From an uncultured Fibrobacteraceae bacterium (GTDB taxonomy: Bacteria > Krumholzibacteriota > Krumholzibacteriia > LZORAL124-64-63), in NCBI GenBank assembly GCA_964549735.1, contig CAZJWO010000004.1, forward strand, positions 1 to 62,225: DNA of 62,225 bases, in the 5' to 3' direction. Made by a program: the position numbers and the translations under genes. How positions within the stretch are numbered: the stretch's first letter is position 1; each line of letters starts with the position of its first letter. Below are positions 19,056-29,241 of this stretch, one piece after another. The notes beneath the pieces were generated by a model. It was not told where the DNA came from and did no database searches. It saw nothing but the letters and a program-made list of their open reading frames with translations.

Positions 19056-20815
19056 GAACCGAACGCTCCCTTCATGAGGCCGGTGAGGAAGTGATGCGCG
19101 TTGGCGCCGAGGGTGCGCGTGCGGTAGCCGCCTTCTTGCACCACCAGCGTCGGCAGGCCGAGCGCGCCGACCCGGCGCCCGTTCTCGGCGAAATCCTTGC
19201 CTTGCAGCGTCCAGGTGCCGGTGGGGTCGCCCTTGGCCGTGTCCAGACCGAGGCAGAGCACCAGGGCGGCCGGCGCGAACGAGCGCACACGCCGCAACGC
19301 CTGGTCGAGCGTCTCGCGATAACGCTCGGTGGTGATGTGCTCGGCCAACGGCAGGTTCACGTTGTAGCCGCGACCGGCGCCCTCGCCCTGCTCGTCGGCG
19401 AAGCCGGAGAAATAGGGGTAGGCGAAGCGGGGATGACCGTGGATCGAGACCGTCAGCACGTCGGGGCGCGCGTAGAAGATGTTCTGCTGGCCGTTGCCGT
19501 GATGGTAGTCGAGGTCCAGGATCGCCACCCGACCGAGGCGCAACAGGTCGCAGGCGGCGATCGCCGCGTTGTTGAAATAGCAGAAGCCGCCGAAAAGGCG
19601 GCGTTCGGCGTGATGTCCCGGCGGCCGCACGAGCGCATAGGCGAGACGGCGGCCGCGCCTGATCTCGGCGGCGGCGCCCAGCGTGCAGTCCACGGCGCGG
19701 CGTGCGGCCAGGAACGCGTTGCGGCTCAGAGGGGTGAACGTGTCGATGCAGTAATAGCCGGCGCGCACGGCGAGGTCGCTAGGCGGCCGCGCGGGGTTGC
19801 GCACCGGAAAGACGTACGGGTAGACGGCTTTGTCGGCCGGCAAGGAAAGGCAGGTGCGGCGCAGGTAAGAGACGAAGGCCGGGTCGTGGACCTCGCGCAC
19901 CGCGTCGAGGGAGCGCGACCGCGGTCTGAGCTGCTCGCAGATGTCGGACTTCGCCAGTTCGGCCATGATCTGCCGCACGCGCACAGGCGCTTCGACGTAG
20001 CCGCGGTCGTGCACGTGGTGGATGTCGTGGCGGTCGTTGACGAACAGGGCGATGCGCTCGCGCGGCCGCGTGGTTGCGGCGGTAGCCGCCGCCGCGGCGG
20101 CGCCGGCGTTGGCGTCGCTCCGCTTCAGGTAGCGAGGCTCGCGCAGCGCGACGGGGTCGTCCTGGATCGAGCGGACCACCTTGCGCACGTAAGCGGGCGG
20201 GCAGAGATGCGCATACTTGCGCTCGAGGATCGCGCGCACCGCCCGGCGGACGTAGCGCTGGCGCAGCGGTTCGCCGCGATCGAGGCCGTCGAAGACCAGG
20301 TACGGCATGACGCCCGCGCCCGGGCCGTAGGGCAGATCGTAGCCGGTGTTGGCGAGCGGACGCGCGCCGAAGCGCTCGTAGAAGCGCAGGCGGGCGCGGT
20401 TGGCGGCGAGGTCCGCCGCCGCGAGGCCGGGGACGGGATCGTCGGGCAGGCACTCGAAGAACACGCCGCGGGCATTGAGCGCCACGGCCTCCTCGCGGAC
20501 ACGCTGGTAGAGCGCGCCGCCGATGCCGCGGCTGATCAGGCGCGCGCCGGCCGCGATGAAATCGAGGACCACCATGTGCAGGCGCGGCTCGTGCAGCAGG
20601 ACGGCGCAGCCCTGGACCATCCCTTCGCGCGACTCGGCGACCAGCAGCAATACGCGGAAGCGCTGCAGGAACGGATCCCGCAACTTGGCGGGCAGGCTGT
20701 CGATCTCCCCGGCGGCGACCCCGGGGAACTGATCGCGCAGGATGGCCTGCGCCTGGGCGATCGCCTGGCGGTCGACGGGCAGCACGTCGTCCGAGATGGT
20801 GCGGATGCGGAACAA
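19052..20815 (-). CDS. GNAT::histone deacetylase-family (acetylpolyamine amidohydrolase-like) fusion
   Basis: TTG start at 20815 after GGAGGTG; N-terminal GNAT 'SRGIGGALYQRV...RLRFYERFG'; C-terminal HDAC 'RPPGHHA', 'GFCYFNNAA', 'LDLDYHHGNG', 'GLDTAKGDP', 'QEGGY'. Confidence 0.88.
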   Translation of the reverse strand: MFRIRTISDDVLPVDRQAIAQAQAILRDQFPGVAAGEIDSLPAKLRDPFLQRFRVLLLVAESREGMVQGCAVLLHEPRLHMVVLDFIAAGARLISRGIGGALYQRVREEAVALNARGVFFECLPDDPVPGLAAADLAANRARLRFYERFGARPLANTGYDLPYGPGAGVMPYLVFDGLDRGEPLRQRYVRRAVRAILERKYAHLCPPAYVRKVVRSIQDDPVALREPRYLKRSDANAGAAAAAATAATTRPRERIALFVNDRHDIHHVHDRGYVEAPVRVRQIMAELAKSDICEQLRPRSRSLDAVREVHDPAFVSYLRRTCLSLPADKAVYPYVFPVRNPARPPSDLAVRAGYYCIDTFTPLSRNAFLAARRAVDCTLGAAAEIRRGRRLAYALVRPPGHHAERRLFGGFCYFNNAAIAACDLLRLGRVAILDLDYHHGNGQQNIFYARPDVLTVSIHGHPRFAYPYFSGFADEQGEGAGRGYNVNLPLAEHITTERYRETLDQALRRVRSFAPAALVLCLGLDTAKGDPTGTWTLQGKDFAENGRRVGALGLPTLVVQEGGYRTRTLGANAHHFLTGLMKGAFGS

Positions 20816-20819
20816 GCCG

Positions 20820-21851
20820 TCACCTCCCGTCGTGATGAGCGGGCCGCGCGAGCGCCGCGTCGACCATGCCGTCGATGGCGTCCGCGAAGACGATGCCGGT
20901 CCGGGCCAACGCCGCGGCGTAGCCGGCGTCGGGCGACAGGCAGGGGTTGGCGTTGACCTCCAGGATCCACGGCTGGCCCGCTTCGTCGACGCGCAGATCG
21001 ACCCTGGCCCAGCCGCGAAGGTCGAAGAGGTCCCAGCAGGCGCGGGCCAGGCCGACCAAACGCGCCAGGAGCCGGTCGTCGCCCGGCGGCAGATCGAAGG
21101 TGCGCATGGTGTGGCCGTACTCGAAGGAGTGGGGCTCCCACTTGGCGGCATAGCCGACGATGCGCGGCTTGCCGGCCGGGAAGTCGGCGAACAGCATCTC
21201 CGCCGGCGGCAGCACCTGCACGCCGCCGGGCCCCTCGAGCAGGCCCAGGTTGAACTCGCGGCCCTCGATGTACGCCTCGGCGAACCAGGGATCGCCGGGC
21301 CGGCCCTGGCGCTCCTGCAATGCGGCGCGCGCGGCGTCGCTCCCGTCGACGACGGCGCTGTCGTCCATGCCCAGCGAGGCGTCCTCCCAGATCGACTTGA
21401 CGATCCAGCGCGCGGGCGGCCCGGCGGTCGACTCCGCCGCCGGCGTCGTCCCGTCGCCGGCGAGGCCGGCCGGCAGCAGCCAGTCGGGCGTCGGCAGCCC
21501 GCCGTGGCGCAGCAGGCGCTTGGCCAGGACCTTGTGCGAGGTCAGGAAGACGGCCTCGGTCGGACAGCCGACCATACGACAGCCGGCGGCGTCGAGAAGG
21601 CTCGGCACGACGTGGATGAGGCGGCCGCTGCCCGCCAGGCCCTCGACGAGATTGAACACGGCGTCGGGCCGCTGCGTGCGCAGGCGGTCGGCCAAGCCGG
21701 CGAGATCGAGGTCGGCCGCGACCGCGGCGACCGCGTGGCCGCGCGCGCGCAGGGCGGCGGTGACCGCCTCGACCTGGACCAGGACGTCCTCTTCGTCAGG
21801 CGCCGCTTGCGGCGAGACCTGGTTGTGCAACACCCAGATCTTCAACGCCAA
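20820..21851 (-). CDS. D-Ala-D-Ala ligase-like ATP-grasp enzyme (2)
   Basis: TTG start with AGGAGGT RBS; 'VFNLVEGL', 'IVKSIWEDASLG', 'EAYIEGREFN', 'WARVDLR', 'LEVNANP'. Confidence 0.88.
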   Translation of the reverse strand: MALKIWVLHNQVSPQAAPDEEDVLVQVEAVTAALRARGHAVAAVAADLDLAGLADRLRTQRPDAVFNLVEGLAGSGRLIHVVPSLLDAAGCRMVGCPTEAVFLTSHKVLAKRLLRHGGLPTPDWLLPAGLAGDGTTPAAESTAGPPARWIVKSIWEDASLGMDDSAVVDGSDAARAALQERQGRPGDPWFAEAYIEGREFNLGLLEGPGGVQVLPPAEMLFADFPAGKPRIVGYAAKWEPHSFEYGHTMRTFDLPPGDDRLLARLVGLARACWDLFDLRGWARVDLRVDEAGQPWILEVNANPCLSPDAGYAAALARTGIVFADAIDGMVDAALARPAHHDGR

Positions 21852-22850
21852 GCACCTCCTGCACGGCGGTCGCCGGCTCGAGGCGCTCGCAGGCCGAGGT
21901 GACGATGCGGTCGATGAGGGTGTCGTACGGCACGCCGACGGCGGTGCAGATCATCGGCAGATCCGAATGCTCCGGATGCAGTCCGGCCAGCGGATTCAGC
22001 TCGATGAGCTGCGGGACGCCAGCCTCGTCGGCGCGCAGGTCGATGCGCCCCGCGTCGCGGCAGCCCAGCAGACGCCAGGCGGCCAGGGCGGTCGCCTCGG
22101 CGGCGCGCACGACGGGGTCGGCCGCCGACACGTGCCGGTACTCGACCAGCTCCTCGCAGTTCTCCTTGTTGGCGTAGCCGTAGGCGCCGGGATCGGCCGT
22201 GTCGCGCAGCAGCACCTCCAGCGTGCCGAGCACCTCGGCCCGCGGCCCGGTGCCGGCGATGCCGACGGTGAACTCGCGCCCCGGCAGGTACCGCTCCACC
22301 AGCACCGGCTGGCGGTACCGCTCCAGCAGCAGGGCGCAACGCCGCCGCAGGTCTTCCGCGGCGTGCAGGACCGAGCCGCTGTCGATGCCCTTGCCGGTCC
22401 CCTCGGCCACCGGTTTGGCGAACAGGGGATACGGCAGGGCGACATGCGCCAACTCGTCCAGGTCGCCGACGACCGCGAACGCCGGCGTCGGCAACCCGCC
22501 GTCGCGCAGCACCCGCTTGGTCATCCCCTTGTGCAGGCTGAGCGACATGACGAGGGGATCGCTGAACGTGTACGGCACGCCGTAGAGGTCGAGCAGGCAG
22601 GGGACCAGCGACTCGCGCCCGATGCCGTGCAGGCCCTCGGCGATGTTGAAGACGAGGTCCCAGCGCTCGCCCGCCGCGAGCCGCGTGATGAGCTGGCGCG
22701 CGTGGCCGATGCGGACTGTCGCGTGGCCGAGCCGCTGCAGCGCGCCCTCGATGGCCTCGATGGTCGACAGCCGGTCGAACTCGGCCGTCTCCTCCTCGCC
22801 GTAGCCCATGCGCAGGTACTCGTCGCGCAGGTCGTAGCAGAGTCCGATCT

Positions 22851-22854
<4 letters not shown>
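21796..22854 (-). CDS. D-Ala-D-Ala ligase-like ATP-grasp enzyme (1)
   Basis: 'MKIGLCYDLR', 'VFNIAEG', 'FAKPVAEGTGKG', 'ERYLPGREFTVG', 'GRIDLR', 'IELNPLAGL'; ATGA overlap with the kamA-family stop. Confidence 0.88.
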
Positions 22855-24191
<1,337 letters not shown>

Positions 24192-24367
24192 GGTTCACCT
24201 CCACGGAACTGTTGCCTGTGGGGCCCGCTGACGCGAGAGCTTCGGACGCTGGCTGGCGTGCTCGCGCGAGAGCGGTTCGGCGGGCCACCCCCGCCGATGC
24301 CGGCCGACTGTCCTCGAAAGCCCCGCCGCCCGGGAGCGTTTCCCGGCCGGGTTCTTCCGTGGTGGCG
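24192..24367 (-). ncRNA. Candidate cis-regulatory structured leader (riboswitch-like) of the kamA operon
   Basis: 5' CCACGGAA (24362-24355) is complementary to UUCCGUGG (24208-24201), which overlaps the GGAGG SD; internal hairpins at 24330-24346 and 24277-24297. No Rfam class recognised by eye. Confidence 0.45.
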
Positions 24368-24372
24368 GCGTG

Positions 24373-24400
24373 AATGTATGCGGAATGCGGGCCATGTCAA
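24373..24400 (-). promoter_or_regulatory. Sigma70-type promoter for the kamA operon
   Basis: Minus strand TTGACA (24400-24395), 16 bp, TACATT (24378-24373). Confidence 0.6.
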
Positions 24401-24471
24401 CAGGTATGCTGCGGTGGGGCGCAATATTTTTACGGCAATCGGTTTTCACCGGGGCCGGCCCGTCCGGTCCG

Positions 24472-24987
24472 CTAGACGATGACGACCGGATCATCGACCG
24501 CGACGAGGTCGCAGAGGGCGACGATGTCGTCGCGCCGCAGGCGCACGCAGCCATGGCTGCACGGCTCTCCGATGCGGTTTTCGTGGTTGGTGCCGTGCAG
24601 GTAGATGAAGCGGGAGCGCGAGTCGACGCCCGGACCGCGGTTGATCCCGTCCTGGCAGCCCTCGAGCGTCAGCACGCGGCCGAGGATCAGGTCGCGCGCG
24701 TCGGCGCGACCGTCCCAGACCTCGCCGGTGGGACGGCGGCTCACGAAGATGGTGTCCGGGCTGGCACCACTGCCAATTTTCTGGGCGATGCGGTGCACGC
24801 CGGGCGGCGTGCCGCCGCTGTCCTGGCGGGCGTCCAGGCCGGCGGCGGCCGTCGACACCGGCCACGCGGCCAGGATCTGCCGGCCGTTCAGCAGAAAGGT
24901 CCGCTGGACGGCGGTGTCCACCAGGAGCCAACGCTCGGGCGTACGTCCGAGCAAGGTCAGCGCTTGTTGCAACGCCTCGTTCCGCAT
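24472..24987 (-). CDS. L,D-transpeptidase (YkuD) family protein
   Basis: 'LLVDTAVQR', 'GTPPGVHRI', 'FIYLHGTNHE...SHGCVRL' (HxxxxxSHGC catalytic motif). Confidence 0.88.
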   Translation of the reverse strand: MRNEALQQALTLLGRTPERWLLVDTAVQRTFLLNGRQILAAWPVSTAAAGLDARQDSGGTPPGVHRIAQKIGSGASPDTIFVSRRPTGEVWDGRADARDLILGRVLTLEGCQDGINRGPGVDSRSRFIYLHGTNHENRIGEPCSHGCVRLRRDDIVALCDLVAVDDPVVIV

Positions 24988-25170
24988 CGTGTCCTCGCCG
25001 GTTGGTCAAGGCCACGGTAACACCGGGTCGCGCCGGGCGGCAATGGCTTGAAATTCGGCGTCCATCGCATCACATTAGCGGGTGTTGGACCGTTAACAAG
25101 ATATCCGCTGCGTTCGCCGGCGATCGGCGAACGGCGGTCGCTCGCCGTCTGCTCGCAAAGGACCCTGACC

Positions 25171-27384
25171 ATGTTCGATATCGGCGCGTCCCTGGACCGC
25201 GAAATCCTGGCGGTCATGAAGAACCGCCCCACCGTGCTGTTCATCGAGCCCCAGGATCCGCGGGTCATCGAAGCGGCGCTGCATCTGCCGCGCTACGCGC
25301 GCCCGGTGTTCCTGTGCAGCCGCGAAGAGGTCGAGGCGGTGATCGGCGAGCATCTGCCGCACGTCTCGCCGGCGCGGGTGGCCTTCACGCTCAGCGAATC
25401 GGCGTTCTGCGAGCTGGATCAGTGCCCGCAACTGCAGGAGGAACTGGCCCGCGCGATGCTGGAGCTGCCTGCCGAACGGCGGCTGACGGACGACATCGAG
25501 GAGGCGCGGCGCCTGGTCGCCACCCCGACCGGCTTCGGCATCATGGCGACGCACGAGGAGCACTGCGACATGGTCGTCGGCGGCGCCCGCCATGAGCCGC
25601 GCGAGTTCTTCCGGCCGCTGCTCAAGGTCATGCAGCGCGAGCCCGTGCTGACCGAGGCCGGCGTGATCATCCTGCCCGACGACCATCCGCAGGACTTCTA
25701 CCCGCACAACATCCTGGTCATCGGCGACGTCGGGGTCAACGCCACCATGACGCCGGAGAAGCTCGCCCGCATCGCGGTCGGCACCTGCGCGATCGCGCGC
25801 GACCTGATCCCGATGGAGGCGCTGCCGGAGATCAGCGGGGTGATGGTCAGCTACTCGAACCACGGCGGCGACGAGGGGCCGTCGCCCGAGCTGGTGCGCC
25901 AGGCGGTCCAGCTGCTGCCGCCGTTCCTGGACGAACGCTGCCGGCGCGGCGCGCGCTACTGCACGATCAGCATCCGGGGCGAAGTGAAGATCAACGTGGC
26001 GCTCAGCCGGCGCTCCGCGCGGCTGTATCAGGGGGGATACGACCAGACCGACCGCTACCGCGGCACGAACGTCATCATCACGCCCAACCTCGACACCGGC
26101 AACCTGCTGTTCCATCTCTTCGCGACGCGGTATCCGCAGGCGCGCAAGTTCGGCGCCGTGTTCGGCATCCGGTTCCGCGGCGTGGACCTGCCGATGGACG
26201 TCGAGCCCATCGACGCCGCCCTCGCGGTCAAGGCCAATATCCTGCGGCTCATCAAGTTCGGCGAGTGGGTGCGCACGCCGCGCGACACCTTCTTCCCGCG
26301 GCCGCGCATCCTGGCCATCAACCCCGGTTCGACGTCGACCAAGCTGGCGGTCTACGAGGGCGAGGAGGAGGTCTTCGCCAAGGAGCTCCAGCACGCGACC
26401 AGCGAGCTGGAGCCGTTCGAGGGCCAGCGCATCGTCGCGCAGTTCGAGTTCCGCAAGCAGGTCATCGAGAGCTTCCTGGCGGACAACGGCCTGACGCTGG
26501 ACATGATCGATGCCGTGAGCGCCCGCGGCGGCCTGGTGCGCCCCATCCCGCACGGGACCTACGATGTGAACGAAGACATGCGGCGGGACCTGCTCGAGGG
26601 ATCGCTCGCCGACCACGCGTCGAACCTGGGCGCGCTCATCGCCCACGCGCTGGTCGGCGATCTCGGCAAGCCGGCCTTCATCGTCGATCCCGTCGTGGTC
26701 GACGAGATGGAGGATCGGTGCCGCTACACGGGCTTCAAGGAGATCCGCCGCAAGCCCATCAGCCACGCGCTCAACCAGATCGCCACGGCGCATCGCTACG
26801 CGCACGATCGGGAGACGTTCTACGAGCACCTGAATCTGATCGTCTGCCACATGGGCGGCGGCATCTCGATCGGCGCGCATCGCAAGGGACGGTTCGTCGA
26901 CGTCAACAACGCCCTGGACGGCGAGGGCCCCTTCACGCCGCAGCGTTCGGGCTCGCTGCCGGTCGCCGACCTCATCCGCCTCTGCTTCAGCGGCAAGTAC
27001 ACCATGGACCAGCTGCTGAAGCTGAACAAGGGGCGCGGCGGCCTCATCGATCTGCTGGGGACGGCCGACTTCATGCTGGTGGAGAAGAAGTATCTGGCAG
27101 GCGATCCCGACTTCGCCCCTGTCTTCGAGGCGATGTGCTACCAGATCAGCAAATGGATCTGCTCGCTGGTGCCGGCTTTCAACGGCGAACCGGTCGACCA
27201 GGTGCTGCTGACCGGCGGGCTGGCGCGCGCCAAGCCGCTGGTCGGGCTGGTGCGCAAGGCCTGTGAACCGCTGGGTTGCGGCTTGAGCGTGTATCCCGGC
27301 GAGAACGAGATGATGGCCCTGGCCCAGGGCGCGCTGCGCGTGCTCTCGGGTCGCGAACCGGCCAAGCAGTACGTGTCCGCCTGA
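25171..27384 (+). CDS. buk: Fusion of a phosphate acyltransferase (PTA/PTB)-like domain and butyrate kinase
   Basis: N-terminal PTA-fold remnants 'IGDVGVN', 'PNLDTGN'; C-terminal Buk 'ILAINPGSTSTK', 'SARGG', 'HASNLGA', 'HMGGGIS', 'GEGPFTPQRSG', 'PGENEMMAL'. ATG 25171 chosen. Confidence 0.88.
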   Translation: MFDIGASLDREILAVMKNRPTVLFIEPQDPRVIEAALHLPRYARPVFLCSREEVEAVIGEHLPHVSPARVAFTLSESAFCELDQCPQLQEELARAMLELPAERRLTDDIEEARRLVATPTGFGIMATHEEHCDMVVGGARHEPREFFRPLLKVMQREPVLTEAGVIILPDDHPQDFYPHNILVIGDVGVNATMTPEKLARIAVGTCAIARDLIPMEALPEISGVMVSYSNHGGDEGPSPELVRQAVQLLPPFLDERCRRGARYCTISIRGEVKINVALSRRSARLYQGGYDQTDRYRGTNVIITPNLDTGNLLFHLFATRYPQARKFGAVFGIRFRGVDLPMDVEPIDAALAVKANILRLIKFGEWVRTPRDTFFPRPRILAINPGSTSTKLAVYEGEEEVFAKELQHATSELEPFEGQRIVAQFEFRKQVIESFLADNGLTLDMIDAVSARGGLVRPIPHGTYDVNEDMRRDLLEGSLADHASNLGALIAHALVGDLGKPAFIVDPVVVDEMEDRCRYTGFKEIRRKPISHALNQIATAHRYAHDRETFYEHLNLIVCHMGGGISIGAHRKGRFVDVNNALDGEGPFTPQRSGSLPVADLIRLCFSGKYTMDQLLKLNKGRGGLIDLLGTADFMLVEKKYLAGDPDFAPVFEAMCYQISKWICSLVPAFNGEPVDQVLLTGGLARAKPLVGLVRKACEPLGCGLSVYPGENEMMALAQGALRVLSGREPAKQYVSA

Positions 27385-27452
27385 GCAGCGCGGGTTCGCC
27401 GGCCGCGGCGACGCGGCCGCCGGACCCGAGGACCTTCAGCGGGAGGCCGACC

Positions 27453-28373
27453 ATGACCCCCATCCGCAGTCTCGACCAGCTCGTCGCCCAGCTCAAGGAC
27501 CAGCCGTCGCGCCGCGTGGCGGTGGCCGCCGGTCAGGATCCCAACACGATCCAGGCCGCGGCCCGCGCCGCCGCCGAGGACATCGCCCAGGTGATCCTGG
27601 TCGGGCACCGGGGACGGATCGCCGGACTGTGCGACGAGTTCGGGCTCGATCTCGGCGTCTTCACGGTCGTCGACGAGCCGGACGAGGCGCGCGCGGGCGC
27701 CGAGGCCGTGCGCCTGGTGCGCAACGGCGAGGCCGACGTGCTCATGAAGGGCCTGATCGGCACCGAGAAATACATGCGCCTGATCCTGGACAAGGATGAC
27801 GGCCTGCTGCCGGCCAAGGCCGTGCTCAGCCACATCACGGTCCTGGACATCCCGGCCTATCGCTCCGCCCAGGACAAGCTGCTCATCGTCAGCGACGTGG
27901 CGATCATTCCGGACCCCGATCTGGCGACCAAGCTCAAGATCGTGCAGTACGTCATCGACGCGGCCCATGCGTTCGGCATCGCCGAACCCCGGGTCGCCCT
28001 CGTCGCGGCGACCGAAAAGGTCAATCCGAAGATGCCGGCCTGTGTCGATGCCGCTATCATCACCCAGATGAATCGGCGCGGCCAGATCGCCGGCGCCGTC
28101 GTCGACGGTCCCCTGGCCCTCGACGTGGCCTGCAGTCCGGAGGCCTGCGAGATCAAGGGCCTGACGTCGCCCGTCGGCGGCAGCGCGGACTGCCTGGTGT
28201 TTCCGAACATCGAGACCGGCAACGTGTTCTATAAGGCGACCACGGTGCTGGCCGGCGCGCGGCTGGCCGCCGCGGTCGTCGGCACCACGGCCCCGTGCGT
28301 GCTGACGAGCCGCGCCGACAGCGAGGAGTCGAAGTTCCTGTCGATCGCGCTGGGATGCCGGCTGGTGCGGTAG
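27453..28373 (+). CDS. ptb: Phosphate butyryltransferase
   Basis: ATG after GGGAGG; 'LMKGLIGT', 'DGPLALDVA', 'PNIETGNVFYK', 'LTSRADSEESK'. Confidence 0.9.
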   Translation: MTPIRSLDQLVAQLKDQPSRRVAVAAGQDPNTIQAAARAAAEDIAQVILVGHRGRIAGLCDEFGLDLGVFTVVDEPDEARAGAEAVRLVRNGEADVLMKGLIGTEKYMRLILDKDDGLLPAKAVLSHITVLDIPAYRSAQDKLLIVSDVAIIPDPDLATKLKIVQYVIDAAHAFGIAEPRVALVAATEKVNPKMPACVDAAIITQMNRRGQIAGAVVDGPLALDVACSPEACEIKGLTSPVGGSADCLVFPNIETGNVFYKATTVLAGARLAAAVVGTTAPCVLTSRADSEESKFLSIALGCRLVR

Positions 28374-28419
28374 GCTCGCGCCGCCTCGGCCGGGCGTTTT
28401 GCCGCGGGGAAGGCTGAAC

Positions 28420-29241
28420 ATGAATCCAACGACCGCGCTGCCGGCCGTCTGGTGGGGCCCGAGCGAATTGCCCGAGAACGCGGCCAGCTTCTGGCAGATC
28501 GGCCCGCTGGCCTTCTGGCTGCAGCGGTCGGCCTACGAGTGGCGGTTCGCCAGCGAGCAGCGCGCCAACGCCCCGGAGGGCACGCTCATCCGCGAGCATC
28601 CGACCACGCGGCCGCTGCCGGAGCAGGGGCCGGCGCTGCGCCGTCTCGGCTTCCGCCGCACCGCCGGCGCCATGCGCCTCTTACCGGCCTTGCCGGACCG
28701 TCCGGTCGTGGTGCAGCCCGCCTCGCCGTTCTCGCTGCCTCCCGCCGAGGAGATCGCCCTGCACATCAGCACGCCGCTGTGGGTGCGCATCGCCGTGGGC
28801 CAGCCGCTGGTCGAGTTCGTGGAGCTGCCGACGCAGCGGCCGTCCGATACCTGGTTCGGACCCAACACCCGCGTCGGCGAGCTGTGCTACGCCTTGAGCA
28901 CGAGCGCGCGGCTGCGCCGCGAGGATCTGCCGGTGCGACCTTATCGCGTCTTGACCGAGCTGCGCTTGCGCAACCAGGCGGACACGGTCCTGACCGTCGA
29001 GAAGGTGCAGCTCCCGCTGCCGAACATGGCGCTGTACGCGTCGGCCGCGGGCGAGTTGTGGACCGAGTCCGTGACCCTGGTGCGCCGCGACGACGGCGAG
29101 CTGGCCGCCCTCGAGTTGAGCAAGCAGGCGCCCGCCCATCTGCGGCAGCCCAGCTGCCTCGCCGAGCCCCGCTTGCCGGCCGAGCGTGGCCTGCTGCTGC
29201 GCGCCTTCGGTGGGCTCATCGGCGGAGGCAGGCAGCCATGA
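28420..29241 (+). CDS. Conserved hypothetical protein (DUF432-like)
   Basis: 'LPDRPVVVQP', 'PSDTWFGPNTRVGELCYAL' pattern; coupled by an ATGA overlap to mscS. Confidence 0.6.
   Translation: MNPTTALPAVWWGPSELPENAASFWQIGPLAFWLQRSAYEWRFASEQRANAPEGTLIREHPTTRPLPEQGPALRRLGFRRTAGAMRLLPALPDRPVVVQPASPFSLPPAEEIALHISTPLWVRIAVGQPLVEFVELPTQRPSDTWFGPNTRVGELCYALSTSARLRREDLPVRPYRVLTELRLRNQADTVLTVEKVQLPLPNMALYASAAGELWTESVTLVRRDDGELAALELSKQAPAHLRQPSCLAEPRLPAERGLLLRAFGGLIGGGRQP

Noticed and set aside
24192-24367. Calling the kamA leader a lysine or c-di-AMP riboswitch
   Set aside because: The conserved AGAGG/AGUA loop-E elements of the lysine class and the GCUGAAUCC/GGGGUGAAUC elements of ydaO are not evident by eye.
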